A program made the translations under genes and the position numbers. From positions 159,147 to 221,852 of the forward strand of contig JAZKFH010000024.1 in NCBI GenBank assembly GCA_040386535.1: 62,706 bases of DNA, written 5' to 3'. The notes below the pieces were generated by a model that did no database searches, was not told where the DNA came from, and worked only from the letters and a program-made list of their open reading frames with translations. Each line of letters starts with the position of its first letter. The stretch's first letter is position 1. Source of the DNA: Myxococcota bacterium (lineage in GTDB: Bacteria; Myxococcota_A; UBA796; SXON01). Below are positions 18,140-28,926 of this stretch, in pieces.

Positions 18140-18397
18140 ATGTTCCAGGCATCCGAGATCAAGCGCATCATCGAGGCCGAGATCGTCGGCTCCCACGCCG
18201 TCGTGCTCGATGAGGCGAACGACGGCGAGCACTTCGTCGCCGAAGTCGTGAGCCCCACGTTCGTCGGCAAGGGCCTGGTCCAACAACACCAGCAAGTCTA
18301 CAAGGCGCTCGGCTCCTTGGTGGGGAACGCGATCCACGCGCTCGCCCTCAAGACGTACACGCCAGAACAATGGGTTTCAGCAGGGAGGTCGTCATGA
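18140..18397 (+). CDS. bolA: BolA/IbaG family protein
   Basis: DGEHF..VVS..F.G...VQQHQ.VY.AL...IHAL.LKT.TP. Confidence 0.93.
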   Translation: MFQASEIKRIIEAEIVGSHAVVLDEANDGEHFVAEVVSPTFVGKGLVQQHQQVYKALGSLVGNAIHALALKTYTPEQWVSAGRSS

Positions 18398-18699
18398 GCA
18401 AGGATCGCGTCGAACAGATCGTGAAGAGCAATGATGTCGTGCTGTTCATGAAGGGCAACAAGTTCTTCCCCCAGTGCGGCTTCTCCGCGCGCGCGGTGGG
18501 CATCCTCCAGCAGGCGGGCACCAAGTTCGAGACGGTCGACGTGCTCGCGGACCCCGACATCCGCCAGGGCGTCAAGGACTACTCGAGCTGGCCGACCATC
18601 CCGCAGCTCTACATCCGCGGCGAGTTCGTGGGTGGCTCCGACATCATGATGGAGCTGCACGAGTCCGGCGAGCTGAAGAAGAAGCTCGCGGGCGAGTAG
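18394..18699 (+). CDS. grxD: Monothiol glutaredoxin (Grx4)
   Basis: LFMKG, PQCGFS, WPTIPQLY, GGSDI; ATG 18394 overlaps the bolA stop. Confidence 0.96.
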   Translation: MSKDRVEQIVKSNDVVLFMKGNKFFPQCGFSARAVGILQQAGTKFETVDVLADPDIRQGVKDYSSWPTIPQLYIRGEFVGGSDIMMELHESGELKKKLAGE

Positions 18700-18753
18700 G
18701 CCCCGTCGGCGGGCAGGGGCCCGCCGTACACCGATGAAGCCTATACTCACGCG

Positions 18754-19464
18754 ATGATCGTCCTCCCCGCCCGCAACGAGGGGCCCCGCGTCGGCCGCGT
18801 GGTGGCTGAGGTGCGCCGCATCCTCCCCGGCGTGCCCGTCGTGGTCGTGGAGAACGGCTCGGAGGACGACACGGCGGCGGTCGCGGCGCGGGCCGGCGCG
18901 GTCGTGTTGCGTTCGGGCCCCGGCTACGCGCGGGCGCTCCGCGCCGGGTTCGCCTACGCGCTCGCCGCCAACGCGCCGTGGGTGGTCCAGATGGACGCCG
19001 ACGAGCAGCACCCCGCCGCCGCGCTCCCGGCCCTGCTCCGCGCGCTCGAGCACGCCGATCTCGTAGTCGGGTCGCGCTTCGTGGGCGCACCGGGCTACCG
19101 CGTACCCGTGCACCGTCGCACCGCCATCGGGGCGCTCGCGGCCTGGGCCAGCGTGTGCGCCGGCCAGCGGCTCTTCGACGTCACCAGCGGGCTCCGCGCG
19201 TGGCGGCCCGAGGCGCTCGCGGCGCTCGCCGGGGACTACCCGGAGGACATCGCCGACGCGAACCTGCTCGTGCGCGCGGTCCGGCGCGGGCTGCGGGTGC
19301 ACGAGGTCTCGGTGCCCATGCGGGCGCGCGCGGGCGGGCGCTCGATGCACGCGGGCCCCGAGAGCGCGTTGTTCGCCCTGCGCATGATGGTGCTCACCGC
19401 CCGCGAGGGGCTGGGGCCGCGCACCGACGCCACCCGGGGCCGCCCGCCGGTGGGGCTCGGGTAG
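18754..19464 (+). CDS. Glycosyltransferase family 2 (DPM1-like)
   Basis: PARNE, ENGSED, QMDAD, VVGSRF, DVTSGLRA. Confidence 0.9.
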   Translation: MIVLPARNEGPRVGRVVAEVRRILPGVPVVVVENGSEDDTAAVAARAGAVVLRSGPGYARALRAGFAYALAANAPWVVQMDADEQHPAAALPALLRALEHADLVVGSRFVGAPGYRVPVHRRTAIGALAAWASVCAGQRLFDVTSGLRAWRPEALAALAGDYPEDIADANLLVRAVRRGLRVHEVSVPMRARAGGRSMHAGPESALFALRMMVLTAREGLGPRTDATRGRPPVGLG

Positions 19465-19566
19465 AATCTTCGGAGGCCGCGCTTGCGTCGTCGGTAGCTC
19501 CGCGGTACCTTCGGGGCACTGAACATGCGTTCACGCGTGTGCAGCCCTTCCCACCGGAGCTCCCCC

Positions 19567-20349
19567 ATGTCCGACATCCGCGGCCGTTTTGTCTGGTACG
19601 ACCTGCTCACCTCCGATCCCAAGGCGGCGGAGGCCTTCTACACGAACGTCATCGGGTGGACCACCGAGCCGTGGGGTCCGCCCGAGGCGGCGTACACGAT
19701 GTTCTCCAATGAGGAAGGCCCCGTGGGCGGCATCGGCGAGGTCGGCAAGGACGCGGCGAGCGTCCCCGGGCCGCCGAATTGGATCGCCTACATCGGCACC
19801 CCCGACGTGGACGCCACGGTCGAGCAGGCCAAGGCGCTCGGCGCCGAGGTCCTCGTCGAGCCGACGGACATCCCGACCGTCGGCCGCTTCGCCATGCTGG
19901 TCGATCCGCAGGGCGCGGTGTTCGCGCCGTTCGCCTCGGGGTCCGGGCACCTGGAGATGAACGCCCGCACGCCCGGCATGTTCGGGTGGCACGAGCTGCA
20001 CACCACCGATGTCGACGCCGGCTGGGCCTTCTACGAGGCCCTGTTCGGCTGGCTCAAGACCGGTGAGTTCGACATGGGGCCCGACCACGGCACCTACCGG
20101 ATGTACGGCCACACGCCGGGCGTGCCGCTCGGCGGCATGATGAACAAGCCCCTCGACAAGCCCGCGCCCACCTGGACCTACTACATCGTCGTGGCCGACA
20201 TCCTCGCCACGCTCGACCGCGTGAAGGCCAACGGCGGGCAGGTCACCTACGGCCCCCAGGAGGTGCCCGGCGGCGATGTGGTCGCCACATGTGTCGATCC
20301 GCAGGGTGCGGCGTTCGCGCTCACCCAGCTGGCCACGCCCGCGGCCTGA
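19567..20349 (+). CDS. VOC/glyoxalase family protein (two domains)
   Basis: FVWYDL...AFY..V.GW and WHEL...AFYEALFGW; DPQGA twice; ATG 19567 after GGAG. Confidence 0.92.
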   Translation: MSDIRGRFVWYDLLTSDPKAAEAFYTNVIGWTTEPWGPPEAAYTMFSNEEGPVGGIGEVGKDAASVPGPPNWIAYIGTPDVDATVEQAKALGAEVLVEPTDIPTVGRFAMLVDPQGAVFAPFASGSGHLEMNARTPGMFGWHELHTTDVDAGWAFYEALFGWLKTGEFDMGPDHGTYRMYGHTPGVPLGGMMNKPLDKPAPTWTYYIVVADILATLDRVKANGGQVTYGPQEVPGGDVVATCVDPQGAAFALTQLATPAA

Positions 20350-20451
20350 CACGGAACGGCCGCCGGAGGATCCGACTCCGGCGCTGCGCCGCGTACCCCC
20401 GCCCCCGCTTGCCCCTGTAGGCGTCGCGCCCACCTTCGGGGGGGGGACACA

Positions 20452-21009
20452 ATGCCAGAGAAGCCAGCGATTCGGGGGTGGATGCTCGCCACCGGACTGT
20501 TCCTCGTGATCATCGGTCTGTGTTTTCTGCTCGTGCCGCTCCTCGCCACCTTCGCGGCGGGGATCGCGGCCGGGGCCCTCCTGCTCCTTGCGGGAGCGGC
20601 CCAGCTCTTCGACGCGGTCAGCGATCGGGGGCGAGGGTGGGGGTGGGGCTTCGCCATGGGGCTCGTGGCCGCCATCGCGGGCGTGATGCTGCTGGTCGAT
20701 CCGGTGGGCGCCATGGTGGGAGTGACGCTCCTGCTCGCGTCGCTGTTGCTCGTGAGCGGCGCGATGAAGATCGCGCTGTCCGTGGTGTGGAACCCGGTGC
20801 CCGGCTGGGGCTGGATGCTCTTCAACGGGCTGATCACCATGTTCCTGGGCGTGCTGATCATCGCGGGATGGCCAGCCACGGGCCTCTGGACCGTGGGCGT
20901 GTTCCTCGGGGTCGACGCGCTGCTCGCCGGTTTCAGCCGGATCGTCCGCGCGGTCTCCCTGCCGGAGCTCGGGGAGACGGACGACCGGATGATGCCCCTG
21001 CCGCCCTAG
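20452..21009 (+). CDS. HdeD/DUF308 family membrane protein
   Basis: Six TM segments; GWGWMLFNG, GWP..GLW.VG.FLGVD. Confidence 0.88.
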   Translation: MPEKPAIRGWMLATGLFLVIIGLCFLLVPLLATFAAGIAAGALLLLAGAAQLFDAVSDRGRGWGWGFAMGLVAAIAGVMLLVDPVGAMVGVTLLLASLLLVSGAMKIALSVVWNPVPGWGWMLFNGLITMFLGVLIIAGWPATGLWTVGVFLGVDALLAGFSRIVRAVSLPELGETDDRMMPLPP

Positions 21010-21036
21010 TCACCCCAGGGGTGCGGCTCCGGCGTG

Positions 21037-21585
21037 TCAGCTCCGGACCAACATGAAGTAGTCGCCCGAGGCCTTCCCCTTCTTGTAGGCCGCGCCGATG
21101 ATCACGTTGGGGGAGACGCGGCGGAGGTAGTCGATCATGTGGGCGAACACGAGCGTGGAGAGCCCCTTGTCGTTGGGCTGCAACGCCGGAAACTCGGGAG
21201 GGGCGGTCGGGGCCACCGAGAGGTAGCTGAAGTGCGCGCCGCCGTGCGGCACGCTGGCCTCCCCCACGAGGAAGTGCCCCGGCCCGACCAGCCAGCTCAT
21301 GGACTGGTGGTTGTAGCCCTGCACCATGTCCCCCCGCTTCACGACGCGCTTCTGGAACGTCGAGAAGAACGGGAGCGAGTTCTGCCCCTCGTGGATCACG
21401 ATCTCGCCTTCGTTCCCGTGCAGCTCGGCGGTGGTGACATGGCGGCCGTCCGCCAACTTCCACAGCGCCACCTGCTCCTTCTTGCCGAGCCCGCGCATCC
21501 AATTGACACGCTCGTCGTGGCTGTGGGCATCGAGCGCCGCCGCGATGGGGGCGAGGGAATCGGAGAGCGAAGGAAGCGGGATCAT
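21037..21585 (-). CDS. Hypothetical protein
   Basis: Coherent coding bias (GQNSLPFFSTFQKR, GYNHQ, GPGHF, DYLRRV); start ATG 21585 or upstream GTG 21609. Confidence 0.75.
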   Translation of the reverse strand: MIPLPSLSDSLAPIAAALDAHSHDERVNWMRGLGKKEQVALWKLADGRHVTTAELHGNEGEIVIHEGQNSLPFFSTFQKRVVKRGDMVQGYNHQSMSWLVGPGHFLVGEASVPHGGAHFSYLSVAPTAPPEFPALQPNDKGLSTLVFAHMIDYLRRVSPNVIIGAAYKKGKASGDYFMLVRS

Positions 21586-21691
21586 GGGGAACCTTGGGGC
21601 GAGCGGCACTAACCCGCCCCGAGGCTGTGGGCGACACGCCGAGCGCCGCGGAACGATGCTCGGCGTGGCCGGATGAGGTCAGGCGGCCGCG

Positions 21692-23059
21692 CTAGTCGCC
21701 GCCACGTCCGCCGCCGCCGCCGTTGCCGCCGCCCTGACCGCCCCCGTTGCCACCGCCCTGACCGCCGCCGTTGCCACCGCCGCGGTCTCCATCATTGCCG
21801 CCCCCGCGGTCTCCACCGTCACCGCCACGATCCCCGTCGTCGCCGCCGCGATCATCGTTGTCGCCGCCGCGATCATCGTTGCCACCGCCGCGATCGCCGT
21901 CGTCGCCGCCGCGATCCCCGTCGTTTCCGCCTCCGCGGTTTCCGTCGTCGTCATCGCCGCGATCATCGTTGCCGCCGCCGCGATCGCCGTCGCCGCGATC
22001 ATCGTTGCCGTCGCCGCGATCATCGTTGCCGCCGCCGCGGTCTCCGCCGCCGCCACCATCTCCGCCGCCGCCGCCGTCGTCACCGCCGCCGCCGTCATCG
22101 TCATCGCCATCCCAGCCGCCGTCATCGTCATCGTCGTCGCGATCCCAGCCGTCGCCATCCCGGTCCCCATCCCGATCGTCATCATCGTCCCAGTCCCGGT
22201 CCCCGTCCTTGTCATCATCGTCCCAATCCCGGTCGCGATCCCGGTCATGGTCGTCGTCGTCGTCGTCCCAATCCCGGTCGCGATCCCGGTCATGGTCGTC
22301 GTCATCGTCGTCCCAATCCCGGTCGCGATCCCGGTCATGGTCGTCGTCGTCGTCCCAGTCACGATCACGGTCGTGGTGGTCGTCGTCGTCGTCAGCGTCG
22401 TCGTAATAGTAGTAGTTCTTCTCGGTGTCGTAGTACACGTTCCGGTTGTCGTACCAATACGGGTCGTCGTCGTAATAAACGCGGGTGCCACCGACGAAGT
22501 AGTAGTAGTCGTTCCGACTGTAGTCGTAGCGGAAGTAGTAGTCCGCGTCGTCGAAGTAGTAGTAGTACTGCTCGGGCGTGTACCGCGCGTAGGACTCGAG
22601 CTGCCCGCGCAGCGCGCCCCGCGGGTTGTCCCGGCTGTAGACGATGACATGATAATCGAACGGATAACGCTGGATGTCCACGATCTGTTCGCGTGGAACG
22701 TAGCTGCAGGCGTAGGAGTAGCCCTCGTACGGCGGGCGCAAGGGGACGACGACCGGGCTGGAGTACCCGGCGGGCGCGATGTGGAGGTGCGCGGCCGTCG
22801 GGTCCGCGACGTCCCAAACGTCCACGGTGTAACAAACCCGCTCGTTGGCGAGGTCGAACCAGAACGTCGCGAGCCCTCCGCCGTCGCGGTCGCCGTACGG
22901 CGCCTGGTACCCGTCCAGGTAGGCGTCGAAGACGCTGCTGGCACGGTAGGACGCGCGCGGTCCGCTGACGCCGGTGACCAGGACGGCGAGCGCGCCGGTC
23001 CCCACCAGGCACACTCCAAGACGCAACGTGTCCCCAAGACGCAGTGTGTCACGCCACAT
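21692..23059 (-). CDS. Secreted CHRD-domain protein with Tyr-rich and Asp/Arg/Gly low-complexity tail
   Basis: SD GAGGGG; signal-like N-terminus; CHRD pattern VCY...PTAAHLH...PVVV.L...P.GALRGQL; then Tyr-rich, DDDDDHDRDRDRDW and GGGNDDR repeats. Confidence 0.8.
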   Translation of the reverse strand: MWRDTLRLGDTLRLGVCLVGTGALAVLVTGVSGPRASYRASSVFDAYLDGYQAPYGDRDGGGLATFWFDLANERVCYTVDVWDVADPTAAHLHIAPAGYSSPVVVPLRPPYEGYSYACSYVPREQIVDIQRYPFDYHVIVYSRDNPRGALRGQLESYARYTPEQYYYYFDDADYYFRYDYSRNDYYYFVGGTRVYYDDDPYWYDNRNVYYDTEKNYYYYDDADDDDDHHDRDRDWDDDDDHDRDRDRDWDDDDDDHDRDRDRDWDDDDDDHDRDRDRDWDDDDKDGDRDWDDDDDRDGDRDGDGWDRDDDDDDGGWDGDDDDGGGGDDGGGGGDGGGGGDRGGGNDDRGDGNDDRGDGDRGGGNDDRGDDDDGNRGGGNDGDRGGDDGDRGGGNDDRGGDNDDRGGDDGDRGGDGGDRGGGNDGDRGGGNGGGQGGGNGGGQGGGNGGGGGRGGD

Positions 23060-23158
23060 CGTCCCCTCCCCTCGTGGTGCTACAACCCCGCTCCCGGTCG
23101 CGACCCACCCGCCGACCCAAGCGAAGGTGCGTCAAACGTCGTCACTCGAACCCAGCGG

Positions 23159-24676
23159 CTACTCGACGTAACCAAGGGCGCGGAGCGCCTCCAAGTCCGC
23201 GGGGCCGGTCATCCGGGCCTCGGGCGCCTGCACCTGCTCGGACAGCCACGCCTCGGCCCGGGCCTCCAAGCCGGGCACCCAGGAGGCACCCAATTGGGAG
23301 GTTCGCTCGGTTGGGTCCTCCGTGAGCTCGTAGGCCTCCCGGGTGCCGTCACTGCCAAGGATCAACTTGCGCGGCCCCACGCGGAAGGCACGGCGGATGC
23401 GGTCGAAGCGGCGGCCGTACCGCGGATCGCGCAGGTCCTTGTGGCGGGACCAGTACACTTCGGACACCTGGAGGTCGTCGGTGTGCTGGGCGCCGTCCAG
23501 CGGGCCGAGCCCCGCCGCGGCCAGGATCAACGAGGCGATGTCGTGCGTCTGGATGGGCCGGGCGTCGCGCCCCGCGGTGTAACCGGGCCCCTTGATGAGC
23601 AGCGGGACGTGGAGCACGGGCTGGTACACGTCCTTGCTGTGCTCGACCAGCGCGTGCTCGCCGAGGTACTCGCCGTGGTCGGAGAGGATGAAGACGTAGT
23701 CCTCGTCGTCGATGCCGAGGCTCGGGAGTGCGTCCAGGAGCGCGCCCACCTGCTCATCGAGGAAGCGAAGCTCCGCGTCGTAGGCCTCGCTCCACGTGGC
23801 CTGCGCCTCGGGCGCCTGCGTGCCCTGGGCGAGCAGCCGGGTGGTCACGGTCTCCCACCCCGAGCGGTACGGAAGGAGGTGGGGCTGGATGAGCGCGGGC
23901 TCGCGGACGTAGCCGCGGCGGGGCACCCAGGGCGCGTGCGCGTCCATGTAGTTGAGGAACAGGAAGACCGGCGCCTCACGCGGCCGTTCGAGCACGGTGC
24001 GGGCCATCGCCGTTATCCGGTCACCCGTGGCGTAGGGCAGGCGCGACGTGTCGCCGCGGAGCTGCTCGCACATCCAGAGATCGAAGCCCTGGGAGAGCCC
24101 CCACATGCGGTGCAGGAACCCGCGGTTGGCGGCGATCCCCGCGGTGCGGTACCCCGCCGACCGCAGGGCGCGCGCGATGGTCTCAGAGCCCTCTGCCAGC
24201 GGTGCGGCGAGGTCGCTGCCGAGCGGGGTGCCGTGCGCGCCGTGCGCGATCGCCGGCCTTCCGGTGAACAACGACGCGTGCGAGGGGAGCGTCCACGCGC
24301 CGTCCGACTGCATCTGGTCGTACACGCGCGCGCCCGCGCCCCACGCGTCCAGCCGCGGCGTCGTGGCGCGCTCGTAGCCGTAGGTCCCCATCCGATCGGC
24401 GCGCACCGTGTCCAGCACGATGACGACGATGTCGGGGTGTTTCGGCGGATCCCACACCGAGGGCATGCGGGCCAGCTCCCCCCGGAGCTGGCGTTGGTCC
24501 TCCGCGTGGGCAGCCACGTCGGGGGCCCAGTCCACGAGCGGGTCGCCCCCGAGGAAGCTGCTGAGCGCCCCCCATCCGGGCAGGGTCCAGAGGGCGTCGG
24601 CGTGGGTCCACGCGGCGGCCCACCCGAAGGCGACCACCCCGACGAACAGGACCGAGAGGGCGTCGCGGCGGGTCAC
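23159..24676 (-). CDS. Sulfatase-like hydrolase/transferase (alkaline phosphatase superfamily)
   Basis: LDTVRAD, WTLPSHASLFTG, NYMDAH.P, SDHGE, HVPL, C-terminal LRALGY; N-terminal membrane anchor. Confidence 0.88.
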   Translation of the reverse strand: MTRRDALSVLFVGVVAFGWAAAWTHADALWTLPGWGALSSFLGGDPLVDWAPDVAAHAEDQRQLRGELARMPSVWDPPKHPDIVVIVLDTVRADRMGTYGYERATTPRLDAWGAGARVYDQMQSDGAWTLPSHASLFTGRPAIAHGAHGTPLGSDLAAPLAEGSETIARALRSAGYRTAGIAANRGFLHRMWGLSQGFDLWMCEQLRGDTSRLPYATGDRITAMARTVLERPREAPVFLFLNYMDAHAPWVPRRGYVREPALIQPHLLPYRSGWETVTTRLLAQGTQAPEAQATWSEAYDAELRFLDEQVGALLDALPSLGIDDEDYVFILSDHGEYLGEHALVEHSKDVYQPVLHVPLLIKGPGYTAGRDARPIQTHDIASLILAAAGLGPLDGAQHTDDLQVSEVYWSRHKDLRDPRYGRRFDRIRRAFRVGPRKLILGSDGTREAYELTEDPTERTSQLGASWVPGLEARAEAWLSEQVQAPEARMTGPADLEALRALGYVE

Positions 24677-24684
24677 GATCGGCG

Positions 24685-26415
24685 CTAGTCGGGCGCCGTC
24701 ACGCGCACCACCTCTTCGAGGGAGGTCATGCCTTCACGGAACTTGGTGACCGCGCTCGCGCGTAGCGTCTTCATGCCGTTGCGCACGGCCTCGCGCTTGA
24801 GCTCGAGCGTGGAGGCGCCGTTGAGGATGAACTCGCGCACTTCCTCGTTGCACACCATCATCTCGTACACGGCGATACGGCCCTTGTACCCGGTGTTGTT
24901 GCACGTGCGGCAGCCCGCGCCGCGCATCGCCTTGACGCTGTCGCACTCCTCGGGGGGGATGCCGACATCGATGAGGTTCTGGCGGGGCACCTCGACCGGG
25001 GCCTTGCACTCCATGCACAACTTGCGCACGAGGCGCTGGGCACCGATGAGGTTGACCGAGCTCGCCACGAGGAACGGCTCGATGCCCATGTTCAGGAGCC
25101 GCGACACGGTGGAGGGCGCGTCGTTCGTGTGGAGCGTGGAGAGCACCAAGTGCCCCGTGAGGGCGGCCTTGACGGCGATCTCCGCGGTCTCGAAGTCTCG
25201 AATCTCGCCGACCATGATGATGTCGGGGTCCTGCCGCAAGAACGACCGGAGCGAGGCCGCGAAGTTGAGTCCTATCTCGTCGTGCATCTGGACCTGGTTG
25301 ATGCCGTAGAGGTTGTACTCGATCGGATCTTCCGCGGTGCTGATGTTGTGGGAGGTCTTGTTGAGCTCCGACAAGGTCGAGTACAGCGTGGTCGTCTTTC
25401 CGGACCCGGTCGGGCCGGTGATGAGGATCATGCCGTAGGGCTTGGCGATGGCCTCCTTGAAGTCGCGCAGGGTGCGCTCCTCGAAGCCTAGGCGCGTCAT
25501 GTCCAGCTGCAGGTTGCTCTTGTCGAGCAACCGCATGACGATCTTCTCGCCCCAGAGCACGGGCAGGACGGACACGCGGAAGTCCATCTCCTTGCCACGG
25601 CCCATCTTGAGCTTGATGCGGCCGTCCTGGGGGAGGCGGCGCTCGGCGATGTCGAGGTTCGCCATGATCTTCAGACGCGACACGATCGCGTGCTTGAGCC
25701 GCAGCGGCGGCTTCATGACCTCGTACAACATGCCGTCGATGCGGTACCGGATGCGGAGCTGCTTCTCGTACGGCTCGATGTGGATGTCGGAGGCGCCCTT
25801 GCGGATCGCGTCGAGCAGCACGAGGTTCACGAGCTTGACGACGGGGGCGTCCCCGGCCGACTTCTCGAGATCGAGGACGTTGATGTCCTCGTCGACGTCG
25901 GAGGCGAGCTCGAGATCTTCTTCGTCCTTGCCGGCGAAGTCGACCATCACGTCGTCGAAGGAGACGTTCGACGTGTAGTACTTCTCGATCGCGTCGGCGA
26001 TGGCCTGCTCGGAGGCCACGACCACGTCGATGTTGAAGTTGGTGACGAACTTCACGTCGTCGATGGCGTAGATGTTCGACGGGTCGGCCATCGCGACGAT
26101 GAGCGTGCTCCCCGCACGGTTCACCGGGATGATCTGGTGCCGGACCACGAGCTCCTTCGGCAGGAGCTTGAGCACCTCGGGATCGATCTCGAAGTCGGCG
26201 AGGTGGATGCTCGGGACGCCGTACTGCTTGGACAGAAAAGCGGTGAGCTCGTTCTCGTCGATGTAGCCGAGCTTCGTGAGCTGGTGGCCGAGCCGGCCGC
26301 CGGTGGACCGTTGGCCGTCCATCGCCTTCTGGAGCTGCAGCGGCGAGATGAGCTTCTCGCGGACCAGCAGCTCACCCAGACGCCCACCCGAGCCCGACTT
26401 CCTGTCCTCGGCCAT
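24685..26415 (-). CDS. pilB: Type IV-A pilus assembly ATPase PilB
   Basis: MshEN-like RLGELLV start, ASDIHIEP, ERRLPQDG, GPTGSGKTTT, LRQDPD, TLHTND, two CxxC Zn pairs. Confidence 0.95.
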   Translation of the reverse strand: MAEDRKSGSGGRLGELLVREKLISPLQLQKAMDGQRSTGGRLGHQLTKLGYIDENELTAFLSKQYGVPSIHLADFEIDPEVLKLLPKELVVRHQIIPVNRAGSTLIVAMADPSNIYAIDDVKFVTNFNIDVVVASEQAIADAIEKYYTSNVSFDDVMVDFAGKDEEDLELASDVDEDINVLDLEKSAGDAPVVKLVNLVLLDAIRKGASDIHIEPYEKQLRIRYRIDGMLYEVMKPPLRLKHAIVSRLKIMANLDIAERRLPQDGRIKLKMGRGKEMDFRVSVLPVLWGEKIVMRLLDKSNLQLDMTRLGFEERTLRDFKEAIAKPYGMILITGPTGSGKTTTLYSTLSELNKTSHNISTAEDPIEYNLYGINQVQMHDEIGLNFAASLRSFLRQDPDIIMVGEIRDFETAEIAVKAALTGHLVLSTLHTNDAPSTVSRLLNMGIEPFLVASSVNLIGAQRLVRKLCMECKAPVEVPRQNLIDVGIPPEECDSVKAMRGAGCRTCNNTGYKGRIAVYEMMVCNEEVREFILNGASTLELKREAVRNGMKTLRASAVTKFREGMTSLEEVVRVTAPD

Positions 26416-26442
26416 GCTTCTCAACCTCGAAGGCCGCCCACT

Positions 26443-27624
26443 CTACCCTTCACGTCCCGGGCTCGGCGCCGGCGGTGGCTCGTCGAGGAAGGGAATGGGC
26501 GTGGCAGCCCGGCTTTCCCGGAAGCGCGCGGCGAGGTCCAGGACGACCTCCGGTGGTGCGTCCGCGAGCAGGACCCAGGTGGCGCCCACCTCCTCCCACG
26601 CCACGACCACCGGATCGGGCTCGAGCGCGGCGGTGGGCGCCCCCCCCGGCGCGGGGGCCCGACGCGCCTCGAGCGGGCCCGACGCGGCCTGGAGCGTGGC
26701 GACCACCGGCCCGTCGAGCGCGGGCGGGGACAACCAGTGCTGGAGGGTCCACAGGCGCGCCCCGCCCTGGTAGATGAGCACCGTGCCCCCCGCCGAGCCC
26801 GCCACGATGCGCGCGCCGAGCAGGGTCATGCCGAACGGCGCCAGGTCGGGCACCTCCGCGAGCTGCCACGGCACCTCGCGCCGCGTGAGCTCCAGCCCCA
26901 GCTCGCGCGGCTCGCTCCCCCGCAACGGCGCCTCCTCGAGCGCGTCCCGGTGGAGGGCGGCGAGGCGGGCGATGTCCGGCCGGTCCATCCAGGCCCGGAT
27001 CCACGGCGTGGACGCGAAGCCGAGGATCCCCACCCCCACGACGCCCCAGATCCACCACCGCGACCGGGGCGGGGGCGGCTCGGCGCCGGGCGGGAGGATG
27101 AGGGCCGCGGCGGGGGCCGGGCGCATCAGGGCGGCGTGGACGTACAGCCGCGCGTCCGTGTCGTCGCGCGGCTCCATGAGGCGGTGGACGGCGTCGAGCG
27201 TGGTCCGCGCGTGTTTGCCCGCGACCTGCTCGAGCGCGACGAAGGGCACGTCGAAGAACAGGTCGACCAGGTAGAGCAGCCGCGCCGATTCGGGGATCTG
27301 GCGGGCGCCCGCTTCCGTGGCCGGGATGGGCGGCTCGGGCAGCGCGGCCGTGCCGGGGAACCCGCCGCGAAGATGGGTGTAGAGGTGCAGGCCCACCTGC
27401 GCCGCCACGGTGTCCCCCGTGCCGAGGCTGCTCGCGCGCTCGGCGAGCTCGACGCGGAAAGTGGTCGCCCAGCCGACGGCCTCGGTGTCGGTGGCGCAGA
27501 GCGCGCGGATCACCGACCAGATGGCGCCCGCCTGCGCGTTCCACAACGTGGGGAACGCCCCCGGCTGCGAGGTCTGCAGGGCGCGAACGAGGCGAAACTC
27601 GGCGAGATCGGCGGGCGCCGTCAT
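26443..27624 (-). CDS. Membrane protein: degenerate ECF-sigma-like N-terminus, one TM, anti-sigma-like C-terminal domain
   Basis: 393-aa ORF; central TM (WWIWGVVGVGILGFA); sigma and anti-sigma resemblance judged by eye (see findings). Confidence 0.7.
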   Translation of the reverse strand: MTAPADLAEFRLVRALQTSQPGAFPTLWNAQAGAIWSVIRALCATDTEAVGWATTFRVELAERASSLGTGDTVAAQVGLHLYTHLRGGFPGTAALPEPPIPATEAGARQIPESARLLYLVDLFFDVPFVALEQVAGKHARTTLDAVHRLMEPRDDTDARLYVHAALMRPAPAAALILPPGAEPPPPRSRWWIWGVVGVGILGFASTPWIRAWMDRPDIARLAALHRDALEEAPLRGSEPRELGLELTRREVPWQLAEVPDLAPFGMTLLGARIVAGSAGGTVLIYQGGARLWTLQHWLSPPALDGPVVATLQAASGPLEARRAPAPGGAPTAALEPDPVVVAWEEVGATWVLLADAPPEVVLDLAARFRESRAATPIPFLDEPPPAPSPGREG

Positions 27625-27657
27625 CGGTGGAGGTCGAGGTGCAGTAGGATGCCGGCC

Positions 27658-28902
<1,245 letters not shown>

Positions 28903-28926
28903 CGGGCCCGCTCCTCGCGGTACGCG

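Noticed and set aside
18734..18757. Frameshifted N-terminus or leader peptide MKPILTR before the GT2 gene
   Set aside because: The segment contains TATACT 6 nt before ATG 18754, which fits a leaderless promoter, and the GT2 domain is essentially complete from that ATG.
21771..22406. Plus-strand Pro/Ser/Arg-rich ORFs opposite the CHRD tail
   Set aside because: Antisense readings of a low-complexity repeat; the minus frame is continuous with a recognisable CHRD domain and has an SD.
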